Origin: an uncultured bacterium
GTDB lineage: Bacteria; Verrucomicrobiota; Verrucomicrobiia; Limisphaerales; UBA8199
Reading direction: 5' to 3'
DNA: 64,000 bases
NCBI GenBank assembly: GCA_963749495.1
Contig: CAVVMW010000006.1
Coordinates: 1,024,001 to 1,088,000, forward strand
The notes under the pieces were generated by a model, which saw only the letters and a list, made by a program, of their open reading frames with translations, searched no databases and was not told the DNA's origin. Below, piece after piece: positions 8,609-19,254 of the stretch (positions are counted from its first letter, which is position 1; each line of letters opens with the position of its first letter). The translations under genes and the position numbers were made by a program.

Positions 8609-9603
8609 AGAAACCTCGAGTGTCGTGGCGGGTGCTCTGGGTAATGATGCAGCCTTCGGCGCCCGGACAAAGGCTGATCAGTTGGACGCCCTCGGTGGGG
8701 CCCAGGACAAAGGCGGTGGTGGAGAGGATGCCGGCGACGGTGCAATGGGAGGCGATGACCGACACTGAGAGACTGCCATTGTCCACCGGGCAGCCGGTCC
8801 GCGGGTCAAGGATATGGCCGTAGCGCCGGCCGTTGTGGACAAAAAAACCGCGCAACGTCGCCGGAGGTCGCCACGGCATGGTTGGTGACGGCCACACCTG
8901 TCCAGCAGCGAGCCAGGTCTTTGGGGTCCTGGAGGCCGATGTGCCAGGGGCCTCCGCCGGGAGGTTGGCCGTGGACGCGGACGTCCTGCCCAAAATCCAC
9001 GAGCACATCCGGGACCCCGCCCTCCAGGACGAGCGACAGGACACGGTCGACGGCGTATTCCTTGCCGACGCCGCCCAGGTCCAGCCCCATGCCCGGCTCC
9101 GGCAGGAAAATCGCCCCGGGCCGCCGCTGGACCTTACTCCACCCGACAGATTGGCGCGCCGTCTCGATGGCCTCAGGCGACGGCACAACGGCGGGCCGCG
9201 CTTTCCAGTTCCACAACCGCAGCAGCGGCAGAGCGGTCGGATCGAACACCCCCCGGGTGAAGAAAAACATGTCCTGGCAAAACCGCAACAGCAACTCGGT
9301 CTCCGCATCGATCTCGACCCAGTGTTTGCCCGCCGCATCGTTGATCCGGCTGATGAGGCTCTCGGCAATGAAACGCGAGTAGCGCGCCTCGAACCAGCCG
9401 ACCCAATCGAGGACCTGCTCTTGGAGCCGCCGGGCCAGGGCGCTGTCGCGGGTGCGGAAGTTGACCCGGCACAGCGTGCTCATCGCCTGGAAGGAGAGCT
9501 GGTGGAAATCTCCGGTGCAGCGAAAGTCGGCAGACCGTTTGACGCGCTCTTGCACCACGCGCGTGGTGTCCGCGCAGATGGGTTCCGGGATGGTTCGGCT
9601 CAT
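8589..9603 (-). CDS. apbE: FAD:protein FMN transferase (ApbE), frameshifted near 8840-8860
   Basis: FDPT, LDLGGVGKEYAVD, VDFGQD, ATSGD, then YGHILDPRTG in another frame; break at or near an A7 run. Confidence 0.85.
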
Positions 9604-9811
9604 CTCATAGTTGCTGCGGTTTGGCTCTTGAGCGCCATTGCGCCCGGATCTTGGCGCAATGCCGCATTGTGCATACAATTGCCCAAATGGATAATATGTC
9701 AAGTCCCCTTGCCCTCCTTCGTCCTTCTGCAGGGTGTTGACAATGCTCCCTGAGGGCGGATGGTAATTGAGAAACAGGTGAGCGTCTGGAGGATGCCGGA
9801 AAGGAGTGGCG

Positions 9812-9997
9812 ATGAAGAAGTTGTTCGTGGCGATCGTGCTGGCTGGGTTGGTGGAGGGGTGCGCCTGGCTTACGGATGGAGACCGCGGGGCCAACTCGGG
9901 AGGGACCACCGCGCGAGGCACAAGCGAGGTGAGCACGGGGGCGAATGCCGGGATGGACAGGGGCGTTACCGGCAGCGAATCAGTGCCACCGCCTTAA
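9812..9997 (+). CDS. Small putative lipoprotein
   Basis: AAGGAG RBS; MKKLFVAIVLAGLVEGC signal/lipobox-like N-terminus. Confidence 0.5.
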   Translation: MKKLFVAIVLAGLVEGCAWLTDGDRGANSGGTTARGTSEVSTGANAGMDRGVTGSESVPPP

Positions 9998-10066
9998 GCG
10001 CGACGGGGCAAGGGGCGAGTGACAAGCTCACTGGGTCCGCTCGGGGCGCATCTGGGCTTTACCACG

Positions 10067-10170
10067 GTGGGGCAGACCTCTGGTCTGCCGGTTAACGCCT
10101 CCTCGGGAGGCGTTTCCGGTACCACGGGGCCGGAGGCCCCGCTCACCGGCAGACCAGAGGTCTGCCCCAC
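10067..10170. repeat. REP-like palindromic element (GTGGGGCAGACCTCTGGTCTGCC family)
   Basis: gtggggcagacctctggtctgccggt ... accggcagaccagaggtctgccccac inverted arms. Confidence 0.85.
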
Positions 10171-10269
10171 GCGACTTGCCCGTGCAATTGTGGGACAATC
10201 CGCATGCCCCCTGTCCCATCGACACTCGACACGAGCGCGACTAAAACCGTCGGTCAGCCCACGGCGCCT

Positions 10270-10465
10270 TTTTGCCCCGAAGGGGCTTCCGACAATAGCC
10301 CGGCGTTTCAACGCCGGGTGAGCGGATACAAAGAGCAGGTCCGTCCCGAAGGGACGGCTGAAAGCAAGGAGTGTTCTCAGTCGTCCCTTCGGGACGAGGG
10401 TCCCTTCTGTGCCCTCCCCGGCGTTGAAACGCCGGGCTATTGTCAGATGTCCCTCCGGGACAAAA
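10270..10465. repeat. REP-like composite palindrome (GTCCCGAAGGGAC / CCCGGCGTTTCAACGCCGGG family)
   Basis: gacaatagcccggcgtttcaacgccggg ... cccggcgttgaaacgccgggctattgtc with internal gtcccgaagggac hairpins. Confidence 0.85.
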
Positions 10466-10540
10466 CTCCCGAGGCGCATGCCCGACGCCTTTAATCGCAC
10501 CCCCTCGGCCCTCGCCCCTCCCGCCTGCCCCCCCGTCCGC

Positions 10541-11206
10541 TCACCGCGGCCCGCTCTGGCTTGGGAAACCGACGGCTTGGGCCATGACGATGCGTTGTTC
10601 GGGCTTGAGTTTCATGGCGGCGGCCAGCGGGGGACGGTCCAGGTCGAAGACGACGGTGGCCAGTCCGGCGGAGGCGCAGTAGAGATAAACGTTCTGGCTG
10701 ATGCAGCCGGCGTCGAAGTCGGCATAAACGGGGCGCATCTGGTCTTGGGCGCGGGTGAAGCGCGAGAGGTCGGCGACGTAGATCAGCACGAGGGGGGCGT
10801 TCTTGAAAAAGGGCTGGCCGTTGCTCCGGGAGCGCAGGTCCTGGGCGGAAAGGGTCCGCAACTGGTTGGCCTTGGCATCGTAAAGGAAGAGTCCCTCCGG
10901 CAGGGCGGCGTAGAGGTCGATGTCCTGGGCGTTCATGGCCGAGGGGGCGGTGCGATGGCCGGTGTCGGGGCGGTTGATGCCGAAGCCGGCCCAGAGGAGG
11001 TTGGCCAGGAGTTGGGGCGGGAGTTTGTCGGGCTTGAAGTCGCGCGTGGTGCGGCGTTCCTTGAGGGCCTCCATGAGCGGTTTGCCACCTTGGGTCTGGG
11101 GCGCCGGCAGCGAGATCGTTTCGGGTCCTTCGGCCCGGAGCGTGGCTGGAGGCAGGGTCAGAGTCAGGACCGTGAGACAGAGGAGATTTCGGCGCAGGGT
11201 TCGCAT
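10541..11206 (-). CDS. Nitroreductase / SagB-ThcOx family flavoprotein with signal peptide
   Basis: LMEALKERRTTRDF, LLWAGFGINRP, RTAPSAMNAQ, DAGCISQNVYL. Confidence 0.85.
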   Translation of the reverse strand: MRTLRRNLLCLTVLTLTLPPATLRAEGPETISLPAPQTQGGKPLMEALKERRTTRDFKPDKLPPQLLANLLWAGFGINRPDTGHRTAPSAMNAQDIDLYAALPEGLFLYDAKANQLRTLSAQDLRSRSNGQPFFKNAPLVLIYVADLSRFTRAQDQMRPVYADFDAGCISQNVYLYCASAGLATVVFDLDRPPLAAAMKLKPEQRIVMAQAVGFPSQSGPR

Positions 11207-11257
11207 GGGGACTGTGTGTCAGGAAGAGCCGCTCGCGTCAATCCCGATCACAGGCGG

Positions 11258-11344
11258 CCTTTGTCGCTGCCTTTGTCGCGACCTTTGTCGAATCGGCTCC
11301 GCCAGTTGTCTTCGACAAAGGTTGCGACAAAGGTCGCGACAAAG
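11258..11344. repeat. 12-mer tandem hairpin (CCTTTGTCGnnn)3 - loop - (CGACAAAGGnnn)3
   Basis: Direct reading of inverted tandem arms. Confidence 0.9.
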
Positions 11345-11462
11345 TTCCCGAGAATCTGCTGGTCAAGAGGGCCGGGAAATGTAAAACCTATTGACTGGCA
11401 ATGGGCTCTTGGGACTGCCGGGTCCTGTTGGCAGGCGGCCGTTTGAGCGATTGAGTTGAACT

Positions 11463-12788
11463 ATGTGTGCAAGTGTTCTGGGTGCGCGCAAGCGCGAGGC
11501 GAGGTCGAAGCTGCGGCGCAAGCGCGGTCTGGCCGAGTCTGGCATCGTGGTGCTGCCAGCCGGGGCGGAATCCATGGAGAGGGTGGCTTGGTCGCTTGTG
11601 GACCTGGGCGATGCGGCGCGGGTGGCCCTGTCGCTGGCGCCCGAGGGACGGGGCGCCTTCGGCGAGCAGGCGCGCGAGGTGATGGTTGCCCTGCGAGCCA
11701 TCCTGGCCCGGCAACCGGCGCCCATGACCGTCACGGTGCAGACGGTCTTCCTGCAGGCGGCGCAAGATCAGGCCGAGTGCGAGGCCGTCTTTGCGGCGCA
11801 TTACGGCAAGGATTTGCCCGTGACCAACTTCGTCACCCAGCCGCCGTGTTGCGGAGCCGCGCTGGCCCTGGAGGCCTGGGCCATTGGCGGGCAGGACGTG
11901 CGCCTGGAGCGTTTCGGCACCCAGGCCCTGGCCGTGAGCTATGACAGCGTCCGGTGGCTGCATTGCGGCGGCATCCGGGCCCAAGATTCGCTGGAGGCGG
12001 CCTATCCGCAGGCGCTGGAGGCCCTGGCGAGCACGAAGCGTGTCCTGGCCCGCGCCGGGTTCACTTTCGAGCAGGTAGTCCGAACCTGGTTTTACCTGGG
12101 GGGCATCACCGAGCCGGAGGCCGGCACCTGCCGCTACCAGGAGCTGAACCGGGCCCGGACTGATTTCTATCGCAAGTTCCGTTTCGATTCGGCCGGCCTC
12201 GGGCGCAACGGCCCCCGGCGCGCTTACCCTGCCAGCACGGGCATCGGCATGTCCGGGGGCGGCCTGGTGGTGAGTTGCACCGCCCTGGAGACCCGGCGGG
12301 ACGACGTGCTGCTGCTCTCTCTGGAGAATCCGCAGCAAACTCCCGCCTACGCCTACCACACCAAATACTCCAGCCACACCCCCAAGTTCTCCCGCGCTAT
12401 GGCCCTGCTCCTGGGCCACTACATGACCACCTGGATCTCCGGCACCGCCAGTATTGTCAGCTCGGAAAGCCGCCACGGGGGCGACATCGAGAAGCAGACC
12501 GAGCAAACCATTGATAACATCGAACGGCTCATCGCACCCGACAACTTCGCCGCCCACGGCGTCAGCGGGGCCGGCGCCCGCCTCAGCAACGTGGCCAAGC
12601 TCCGTGTTTATCTCAAGGCCGGCCAGGACCTGGAGAAGTGCCGGGCGGTCTGCCGGCGGCGGTTCGGAGCCGTGCCGGTCATTTACGCGGTGGCCGATGT
12701 CTGCCGCCCGGAGTTGCTGGTCGAGATCGAGGGAGTCGCTTTCTCGCGCTGCGAGCCGCCGGCCAAGGGTGGCAAACGCCCAGCGTGA
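11463..12788 (+). CDS. YjgF/Rid-superfamily protein (chorismatase FkbO/Hyg5-like C-terminal domain)
   Basis: VVRTWFYL, RYQELNRAR, YPASTGIG, ENPQQTPAY, PKFSRA, ISGTASI, DVCRPELLVEIE; start uncertain. Confidence 0.7.
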   Translation: MCASVLGARKREARSKLRRKRGLAESGIVVLPAGAESMERVAWSLVDLGDAARVALSLAPEGRGAFGEQAREVMVALRAILARQPAPMTVTVQTVFLQAAQDQAECEAVFAAHYGKDLPVTNFVTQPPCCGAALALEAWAIGGQDVRLERFGTQALAVSYDSVRWLHCGGIRAQDSLEAAYPQALEALASTKRVLARAGFTFEQVVRTWFYLGGITEPEAGTCRYQELNRARTDFYRKFRFDSAGLGRNGPRRAYPASTGIGMSGGGLVVSCTALETRRDDVLLLSLENPQQTPAYAYHTKYSSHTPKFSRAMALLLGHYMTTWISGTASIVSSESRHGGDIEKQTEQTIDNIERLIAPDNFAAHGVSGAGARLSNVAKLRVYLKAGQDLEKCRAVCRRRFGAVPVIYAVADVCRPELLVEIEGVAFSRCEPPAKGGKRPA

Positions 12789-12858
12789 AGCGGGGCAGCG
12801 GGACATCGCTGAAGGAACGCGCGAGCCGCTCGGGCAACCCGCACACCTTCTGAAGGCA

Positions 12859-14043
12859 ATGAAATCACAGAGAGACCAGGAACACAGAAAGGGACCTCCG
12901 GCAAGTCCGCCGGTCTCCAGGGCTCTCCCGCGCCCGCTTTCACCCGATTGTCCGGATCGATCCCCCGCCGTCGGCCCCTCGCCCCTCGCCCCCCGCCCCC
13001 CGACCCTCGACAGCCTGCCGGACCTGATCGACTCCGAAGAGCAGTTGGAGGAGGTGTTGACGCGGCCGGGGTCTGAGTTGGTGGAGTTCATCAGGAGGGT
13101 TGCCAGCCCGCTGCTCATCCTGGGGGCCGGGGGCAAGATGGGGCCGACGCTGGCGGTGCTGGCAAGCCGGGCAGCGGCTGCAGCCAACCACCCCCTGGAG
13201 GTCATCGCCGTCAGCCGCTTCAGCGACCCGGCCGCGCGGGCGTGGCTGGAGGCGCGCCAGGTCAGGACGATTTGTTGTGATCTGTTGGACGCCGCGGCGG
13301 TCCGCAGCCTGCCCGAGGCGGAGGCCCTCCTCTACCTGGTGGGCCTCAAGTTCGGGACGGCACATGACCCGGCTGCGACCTGGGCCATGAACACGATCGT
13401 CCCGGTGCGGGTGCTCGAACGCTATCCCGGCGCGCGAATCGCTGCCCTCTCGACGGGCAACGTCTATCCGCTGACTGGCGTGGCCGCGGGCGGCTCCACC
13501 GAGACGGCGCCCCTGACTCCCCTTGGGGAATACGCCAATGCCGCGGTCGGACGCGAGCGGATCTTCGAGTTTTGCTCGCGCGCCGCCCGGACACCGGTGG
13601 CGCTGCTGCGGCTTTTCTACGCGGTGGAACTGCGTTATGGCGTTTTGGTGGACATCGCCCGCAAGGTCCACGCCGGCCAGCCGCTCGAACTGGGCGGCGG
13701 CCACTTCAACTGCATCTGGCAGGGCAACGCCAACGCGCTGGCCCTGCGGGCGCTTTGGCTGGCAGAGGCGCCGCCCTCGGCCTGGAACCTGTGCCGTCCG
13801 GAGGTCTTTTGCCTCCGTGCCGTCGCCACGCGGCTGGGCCAGTTGCTGGGGCGCCCGGCCCGGTTCCTCGGGGCGGAGTCGCCCACGGCGTTGTTGGGCA
13901 ACCCGGCCCGGCTTTGCGCCGCCCTGGGCCCGCCCTCGCTCCCACTGGAGACGATGCTGCGCTGGGTGGCGCATTGGGTGAAACGGGGCGGGCGCAACCT
14001 GGGCAAACCCACCCATTTCGAGGTGCGCGATGGGAAATATTGA
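12859..14043 (+). CDS. NAD-dependent epimerase/dehydratase
   Basis: ILGAGGKMGPTL Rossmann motif, STGNVY, GEYANAAVGRER, KPTHFEVRDGKY; low-complexity N-terminal extension with (GCCCCTC)n; start uncertain. Confidence 0.8.
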   Translation: MKSQRDQEHRKGPPASPPVSRALPRPLSPDCPDRSPAVGPSPLAPRPPTLDSLPDLIDSEEQLEEVLTRPGSELVEFIRRVASPLLILGAGGKMGPTLAVLASRAAAAANHPLEVIAVSRFSDPAARAWLEARQVRTICCDLLDAAAVRSLPEAEALLYLVGLKFGTAHDPAATWAMNTIVPVRVLERYPGARIAALSTGNVYPLTGVAAGGSTETAPLTPLGEYANAAVGRERIFEFCSRAARTPVALLRLFYAVELRYGVLVDIARKVHAGQPLELGGGHFNCIWQGNANALALRALWLAEAPPSAWNLCRPEVFCLRAVATRLGQLLGRPARFLGAESPTALLGNPARLCAALGPPSLPLETMLRWVAHWVKRGGRNLGKPTHFEVRDGKY

Positions 14044-14044
14044 A

Positions 14045-14233
14045 GAAAGGCTAAAGGCTGAAGGCTAAAGGCTAAAGGCCAAAAGCGCGCATTGGTTCGT
14101 CCCTTTCGTCCCTTACGTCCCTTATGTCCCTTTTGTCCCTCAAGCCGAGCCCTCTCCCGAGACACCCCCAAGCTCCACTGCCTCCGCGCCGCCTTCGGCA
14201 CTTTAGCCTTTAGCCTTTAGCCTTTAGCCTTTG
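14045..14233 (+). repeat. Heptamer-armed hairpin element (AAAGGCT)n - core - (AGCCTTT)n, left copy
   Basis: Terminal inverted heptamer arrays; internal 9-mer GTCCCTT repeats. Confidence 0.92.
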
Positions 14234-14246
14234 GTGGGGTACGACT

Positions 14247-15296
14247 ATGAATTACGAGAGACTCAGGGCGCGGCTCCGCGCGGGGCTGGTCATTCCGGCT
14301 TGTCCCCTGGCGCTCAATGCCCAGCGCAAGCTCGATGAACGGCGCCAGGTCGCGCTGTTGCGCTACTATTTTGCCGCAGGCGCCGGCGGGCTGGCGGTCG
14401 GGGTACACACGACGCAGTTTGCTATTCGGGACGCGAAGGTGGGCCTGTTGCGTCCGCTGCTGGAGCTGGCGGTCGAGGCGATGCGCCGGGCCGGACCGGG
14501 ATTGGCGCGCATCGCCGGGATCTGCGGCGCCACCGGCCAGGCGGTTGCCGAGGCGGAATTGGCGCGCGGATTGGGTTACGAGGCCGGCCTGGTCAGCCTC
14601 GGGGCGCTCAAGAACGCCGGCGAAGAGCAACTCCTGGCCCATTGCCGGACGGTGGGCCAGGTCATACCGATCTTCGGTTTCTATCTCCAGCCGGCGGCCG
14701 GGGGGCGGGTGTTGCCCTATCGATTCTGGCGGCGCTTCGCGGAGTTGGACAACGTGGTTGCCATCAAGATTGCCCCGTTCAACCGCTACCAGAGCCTCGA
14801 CGTGGTCCGCGCCGTGGCCGAGGCCGGCCGCGACGATATCGCGCTCTACACGGGCAACGACGACAACATCGTGATGGATCTGTTGACGCCGTTCCGTTTT
14901 CAGCGCGGCGGCAAGAGGGTCGAGCGGCGCATCGTGGGCGGTTTGCTGGGACATTGGGCGGTTTGGACCAAGCGGGCCGCCGAACTCCACCGTGAGTGCC
15001 GCCGGCTGGCGCGCAGTGGCGAACCGATCCCGCCGCGCCTCCTGCGCCGGGCGGCCGAAGTCACCGACGCCAACGCCGCCTTCTTCGATGCGGCCAACGG
15101 TTACGCAGGTTGCATTGCCGGCCTCCACGAGGTCTTGCGGCGACAGGGCCTCTTGCGAGGCATCTGGTGCCTCGACCCCGCCGAGACGCTCAGTCCCGGC
15201 CAGCAGGAAGAAATCGAACGTGTCTGCCGCGCCTACCCGGGTGCCAACGACGACCAGTTCGTGGCCCAGCACCTGGATGAATGGCTCAAAGGCTAA
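14247..15296 (+). CDS. Dihydrodipicolinate synthase / N-acetylneuraminate lyase family aldolase
   Basis: VIPACPLAL, GVHTTQF, FYLQPAAGG, AIKIAPFNRY, YTGNDD. Confidence 0.85.
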   Translation: MNYERLRARLRAGLVIPACPLALNAQRKLDERRQVALLRYYFAAGAGGLAVGVHTTQFAIRDAKVGLLRPLLELAVEAMRRAGPGLARIAGICGATGQAVAEAELARGLGYEAGLVSLGALKNAGEEQLLAHCRTVGQVIPIFGFYLQPAAGGRVLPYRFWRRFAELDNVVAIKIAPFNRYQSLDVVRAVAEAGRDDIALYTGNDDNIVMDLLTPFRFQRGGKRVERRIVGGLLGHWAVWTKRAAELHRECRRLARSGEPIPPRLLRRAAEVTDANAAFFDAANGYAGCIAGLHEVLRRQGLLRGIWCLDPAETLSPGQQEEIERVCRAYPGANDDQFVAQHLDEWLKG

Positions 15297-15462
15297 AGGC
15301 TAAAGGCTAAAGGCTAAAGTGCCGAAGGCGGGGCGAAGGCAGTGAGGCGTGGGGGGCGTCTGAGGAGAGGCCTCGGCTTGAGGGACAAAAGGGACATAAG
15401 CGACATAAGGGACAAACCAACGCCCCGCATTCGGCCCTTTAGCCTTTAGCCTTTAGCCTTTC
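15287..15462 (-). repeat. Heptamer-armed hairpin element, right copy, inverted relative to 14045-14233
   Basis: Core aagtgccgaaggcg...ctcggcttgagggacaaaagggacataag is the reverse complement of the left copy. Confidence 0.92.
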
Positions 15463-15466
15463 CCCT

Positions 15467-16345
15467 TCACCCTAAGGCCGGGTCAGCGATGGCAAATTGG
15501 GCGAGCCGGTCGGCGGCGGCGAGGTTGTCTCCCAGGTACATGCGGGTCAAGGGCCGGAGCGGCGCGAAGCCCAGGCGCCGGGCTGCCGCTTTAGCCGCCT
15601 CGTTATCGTCCGGAACGTCCCAAATCACGGGCCGGGCGCCGGCAGGCTCCAGCAACGCGGTGATGAGCCCGAGAGCGCCCTGGGCGCTGGCGCACTCCAC
15701 CGGCCCGAGGTAATCGGCGTTGGCCCCGCTGCGCAGCAGGCCCCAACCGGCAGCAGACTTGCCTGCGGGCCAGACCAGGCCCTTGGCGCTGTCGCGGGCC
15801 AGACTGCGGAGCAGGCGAGGCCGAGGCGCGCCAAAGGCGGCGGCATCAATTTGCTCGATGACGTTCCAATCGGTCTCCGCCAGACCCCGCGTTTCGGGCA
15901 GCCGCCCGAGTCCGGCTGGCAAGGGCTGGCCCTGGCCCTGCTCGCAGGCAGGACGTTGCCAGCGCGTCAAGGTCCACTCCGACACAAAGCCCAGCTTCTG
16001 GTAGAGCGGCAGCCCCGCCGGCGTGGCGTCCAGCTTGGTGCACCGGACGCCGCGGCCCTGGAGGTATTCTATGGCCCGGCGCATCAACCGGGTGGCGATG
16101 CCCCGGCGCCGGTGCTCCGGATGGACGAGCATCATGCCGATCCAGGCCAGGGTCTGGCCGTAGGCGATCGTGGTCACGGTGCCGGCCAATTGGCCGCCGT
16201 CGAGCGCGGCAAAGCACCCCTCCGGCTCCAGTTCGAGCATCCGGCGCCAGTCCTCGGGGGTTTGGTTCCAGCCAACCAGCCGGCGCAAATGGTCCGCGCC
16301 CGGCAGGTCGGCCTCGGTCATCACGCGCAACTGGGCGTCGCTCAT
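15467..16345 (-). CDS. GNAT family N-acetyltransferase (two-domain)
   Basis: GWNQT, WIGMMLVHPEHRRRGIA, KLDATPAGLPLYQKLGF. Confidence 0.9.
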   Translation of the reverse strand: MSDAQLRVMTEADLPGADHLRRLVGWNQTPEDWRRMLELEPEGCFAALDGGQLAGTVTTIAYGQTLAWIGMMLVHPEHRRRGIATRLMRRAIEYLQGRGVRCTKLDATPAGLPLYQKLGFVSEWTLTRWQRPACEQGQGQPLPAGLGRLPETRGLAETDWNVIEQIDAAAFGAPRPRLLRSLARDSAKGLVWPAGKSAAGWGLLRSGANADYLGPVECASAQGALGLITALLEPAGARPVIWDVPDDNEAAKAAARRLGFAPLRPLTRMYLGDNLAAADRLAQFAIADPALG

Positions 16346-17034
16346 TTCACGCCCGCGGCTGCGGCGGCCTCAGGGTCGATCTTCTTGAGGGCGGCGGGGA
16401 CCGCCGTGCGGATGTCTTTGGAACTGCGGTCTTTGAGCAGCTTGATGAGCACCGGGACAGCCGCCTTGGCCTCAGCGCCATAGTCGCCCAGGGCTTCCAC
16501 CACATCCGGTTGGCCGCGGCCCAGGCTGTCGACCGCACCCTCGATCAGGGCGGGAACTGCTACCTTGGCCTCGGCCTGAATCCTGACCAGCGCGCCCGCC
16601 GCCGCGCCCAATAGAGGCTCGTCCCTGCTCCTGAGGGCCTTCAGGAGCGCCGGAATGGCGGGTTTGGCGTTCGTGCCGAAGAACCCCAACTGGCCCACCG
16701 CCTGGCCGCGGCGTCCATAGGAAATCAGATACTCGATCTGGACGCCCGGCAGGCTATTGAGTTGCTCGACGAGCGCCATCCTGAACCTGGAGTCGTTGGT
16801 GTCACAAAACATCTGGTTCGTCAGGTACGGGATGATCTCGCCGTGCAGCACCGCGATGGCGCGGTTGCTCGCGGCGGCGACCGAGTTGGTTATCTGCTCC
16901 GACCAATAGTACGCGTTTTTTCCCTGGTAGAGTGTGTCCTTGGTGCCAACCGTGAGGGTAAGAACCCAAATCCCGGCCGCCAAAACGCAAAGGCCCCCGA
17001 GGGCGTAACCGAAGAGTCGCAACGCCTTCTTCAT
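16342..17034 (-). CDS. HEAT-repeat membrane-anchored protein
   Basis: N-terminal TM; AKPAIPALL, AVPALI, AKAAVPVLI...ALKKIDP repeats. Confidence 0.75.
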   Translation of the reverse strand: MKKALRLFGYALGGLCVLAAGIWVLTLTVGTKDTLYQGKNAYYWSEQITNSVAAASNRAIAVLHGEIIPYLTNQMFCDTNDSRFRMALVEQLNSLPGVQIEYLISYGRRGQAVGQLGFFGTNAKPAIPALLKALRSRDEPLLGAAAGALVRIQAEAKVAVPALIEGAVDSLGRGQPDVVEALGDYGAEAKAAVPVLIKLLKDRSSKDIRTAVPAALKKIDPEAAAAAGVK

Positions 17035-17183
17035 TATAGTTTGGTGATTGTCTATGGCTGTTTTCGTGTCGGGCAGCGGGGATTGTAGCCGACTTGGCCC
17101 GGGACGCCAAGACACAATTTCCCCAAACCCGTTCTGGACAGCGCAGCGCGCTTAACATAAAGAGGTTGGCGAAAGATCGGACC

Positions 17184-19207
17184 ATGAGAAACGTCTTATT
17201 GTCGCGGGAGACCCCGGGCCGGATTGCCCCGTGGGAGGCGGTGCTCGCCGGGCTCGTCCTGGCCTTGGGCGCCTGGTGCAGCGGCGCGCAAGCCGCCCCG
17301 GTGACCCCGGTGATTCCGTGCGCCGCGCGGCCATTGCCGCTTTCGGCGGTTCGTCTCACCGGCGGCCCGCTCAAGCACGCGCAGGACCTGGATGCGAAGT
17401 ATCTGCTCGCGCTCGAGCCGGATCGGATGCTGGCCGGATTCCGTTTGCGGGCCGGCCTGGAGCCCAGGGCCAAGGGCTACGGCGGATGGGACTCAGTCGA
17501 GGGCAAGCAAGTCACCGGCCACATCTGCGGCCACTACCTGTCCGCCGTGAGCCTCATGTGGGCGGCAACCGGCGACGCCCGGTTCAAGGAGCGGGCCGAT
17601 TACGTGGTCAGGGAGTTGAAAGAGGTCCAGGACAAGAACGGGGACGGTTACCTGGGCGCGCTCGCCAATGGCAAGGAGCGATTCGCGGAGGTCGCCCGGG
17701 GAAACATCCGCTCCAGCAGCTTTGACCTGAACGGCCTGTGGTCGCCCTGGTATGTGCTGCACAAGACCTATGCGGGCCTGCGCGATGCCTATCGGTTCAC
17801 CGGCAACGCGGCGGCGCTGGAGGTCGAGACCCGATTCGCGGCCTGGGCCAAGGAATCCTCTCGGGGCTCGATGATGCCCAGGTGCAGCGCATGCTCAACA
17901 CCGAATTCGGCGGCATGAACGAGGTCCTGGTCAACCTCTACGCGGACACCGGCGACCGCCGCTGGCTGGACCTGAGCTGCCGGTTCGAGCACCGCGCCTT
18001 CACCGACCCGCTCAAGCGCCACCAGGACAACCTGGCCGGCAAACATGGCAACACCCAGGTGCCCAAGATGCTCGGGTCGCTTGCCCGCTTCGCCTGTGTG
18101 GGCGACCCCGGCGACGGCTATGCGGCCGCCTTTTTCTGGGACCGGGTCGTCCAGCACCACAGCTACGCCACGGGCGGCCACGGCAAGGACGAATACTTCG
18201 GCCAGCCCGATCGATTGAACGACCGCGTGGATGGCCGCACCTGCGAGACGTGCAATGTCTATAACATGCTCAAGCTCACCCGGAGGTTGTTCAGCCTCCG
18301 GCCCGACGCCTATTATGCCGATTTCCAGGAGCGCGCCCTCTTCAACCACATCCTGGGCTCGCAGGACCCGCAGGAGGGCTGGGCGTGCTACATGGTGCCC
18401 GTGGGGCGCGGCGTGCAGCACGAATACGAGCGGAACATGCTCGACGGCGGCTTCACCTGCTGCACCGCTACCAGTATGGAGAGCCATGCCCTCCACGGCG
18501 ACGGCCTCTATTACGAGTCCGGCGACAAGCTATGGGTCAATCTCTATGTCCCCTCGATTGCCCAGTGGGATTCGGCCGGTGTAAAGCTCGAAGTGCAAAC
18601 CGATTTCCCGGAAGGCGAGTCGGCCACGCTCAAATTCACCGTTGCGGCTCCCAGGCAATTCACGCTGGCACTGCGCCGGCCATTTTGGGTCGGCGAGGGT
18701 TTCGTAGTGAAGGTGAACGGTTCGACAGTGCCGGCGCAAACCCAGGCCGAACCGCCCAAGAATGCCCTCGCCCGCCCGCGCAACAACCCGGCGCCCGCAA
18801 CCCCGCCCAAGGCCGGCTCCTATGTCGAGATCAAACGCCCCTGGCAGACCGGCGACAAGGTGAGCGTCACTTTGCCCAAGATGCTTCGCCTGGAACCGGT
18901 CCCGGACAATCCCCGCCGCGCGGCCATCCTTTGGGGACCGCTGGTGCTGGCAGGCGACTTGGGCCCGGAGGAGGCCCGCGGCAGGCCGGGCGAGCCCGGC
19001 AGCGCAGCGGATCACGCGCCGGTCCTGGTTGCAGCCGAGCGGCCCCTCGCCCAGTGGCTCAAACCGGCGCCCGGCAAGCCGGGCTGTTTCCGCACCGACG
19101 GCGTGGGCAAAGAGCGCGACGTGGACTTGGTGCCGTTTTACCGTCTGCACCGGCGCACCTACGCGATTTATTGGGACCTGGTCACCCCGGCGGAATCAAG
19201 GAAGTGA
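17184..19207 (+). CDS. GH127 beta-L-arabinofuranosidase-like glycoside hydrolase, frameshifted near 17853
   Basis: GHICGHYLSA, PWYVLHK, EFGGMNE, HGNTQVPK, ETCNVYNMLKL, FTCC; two overlapping ORFs join. Confidence 0.88.
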
Positions 19208-19254
19208 AAAAATAGGGCTCGAAGAACTGCGCCCGGGGGGATTATCTTGTGGCC

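Noticed and set aside
9994..10500. ORFs over REP clusters (9994-10500, 38261-38962, 43413-44315)
   Set aside because: They translate palindromic repeats or antisense strands and show no protein-family signal.
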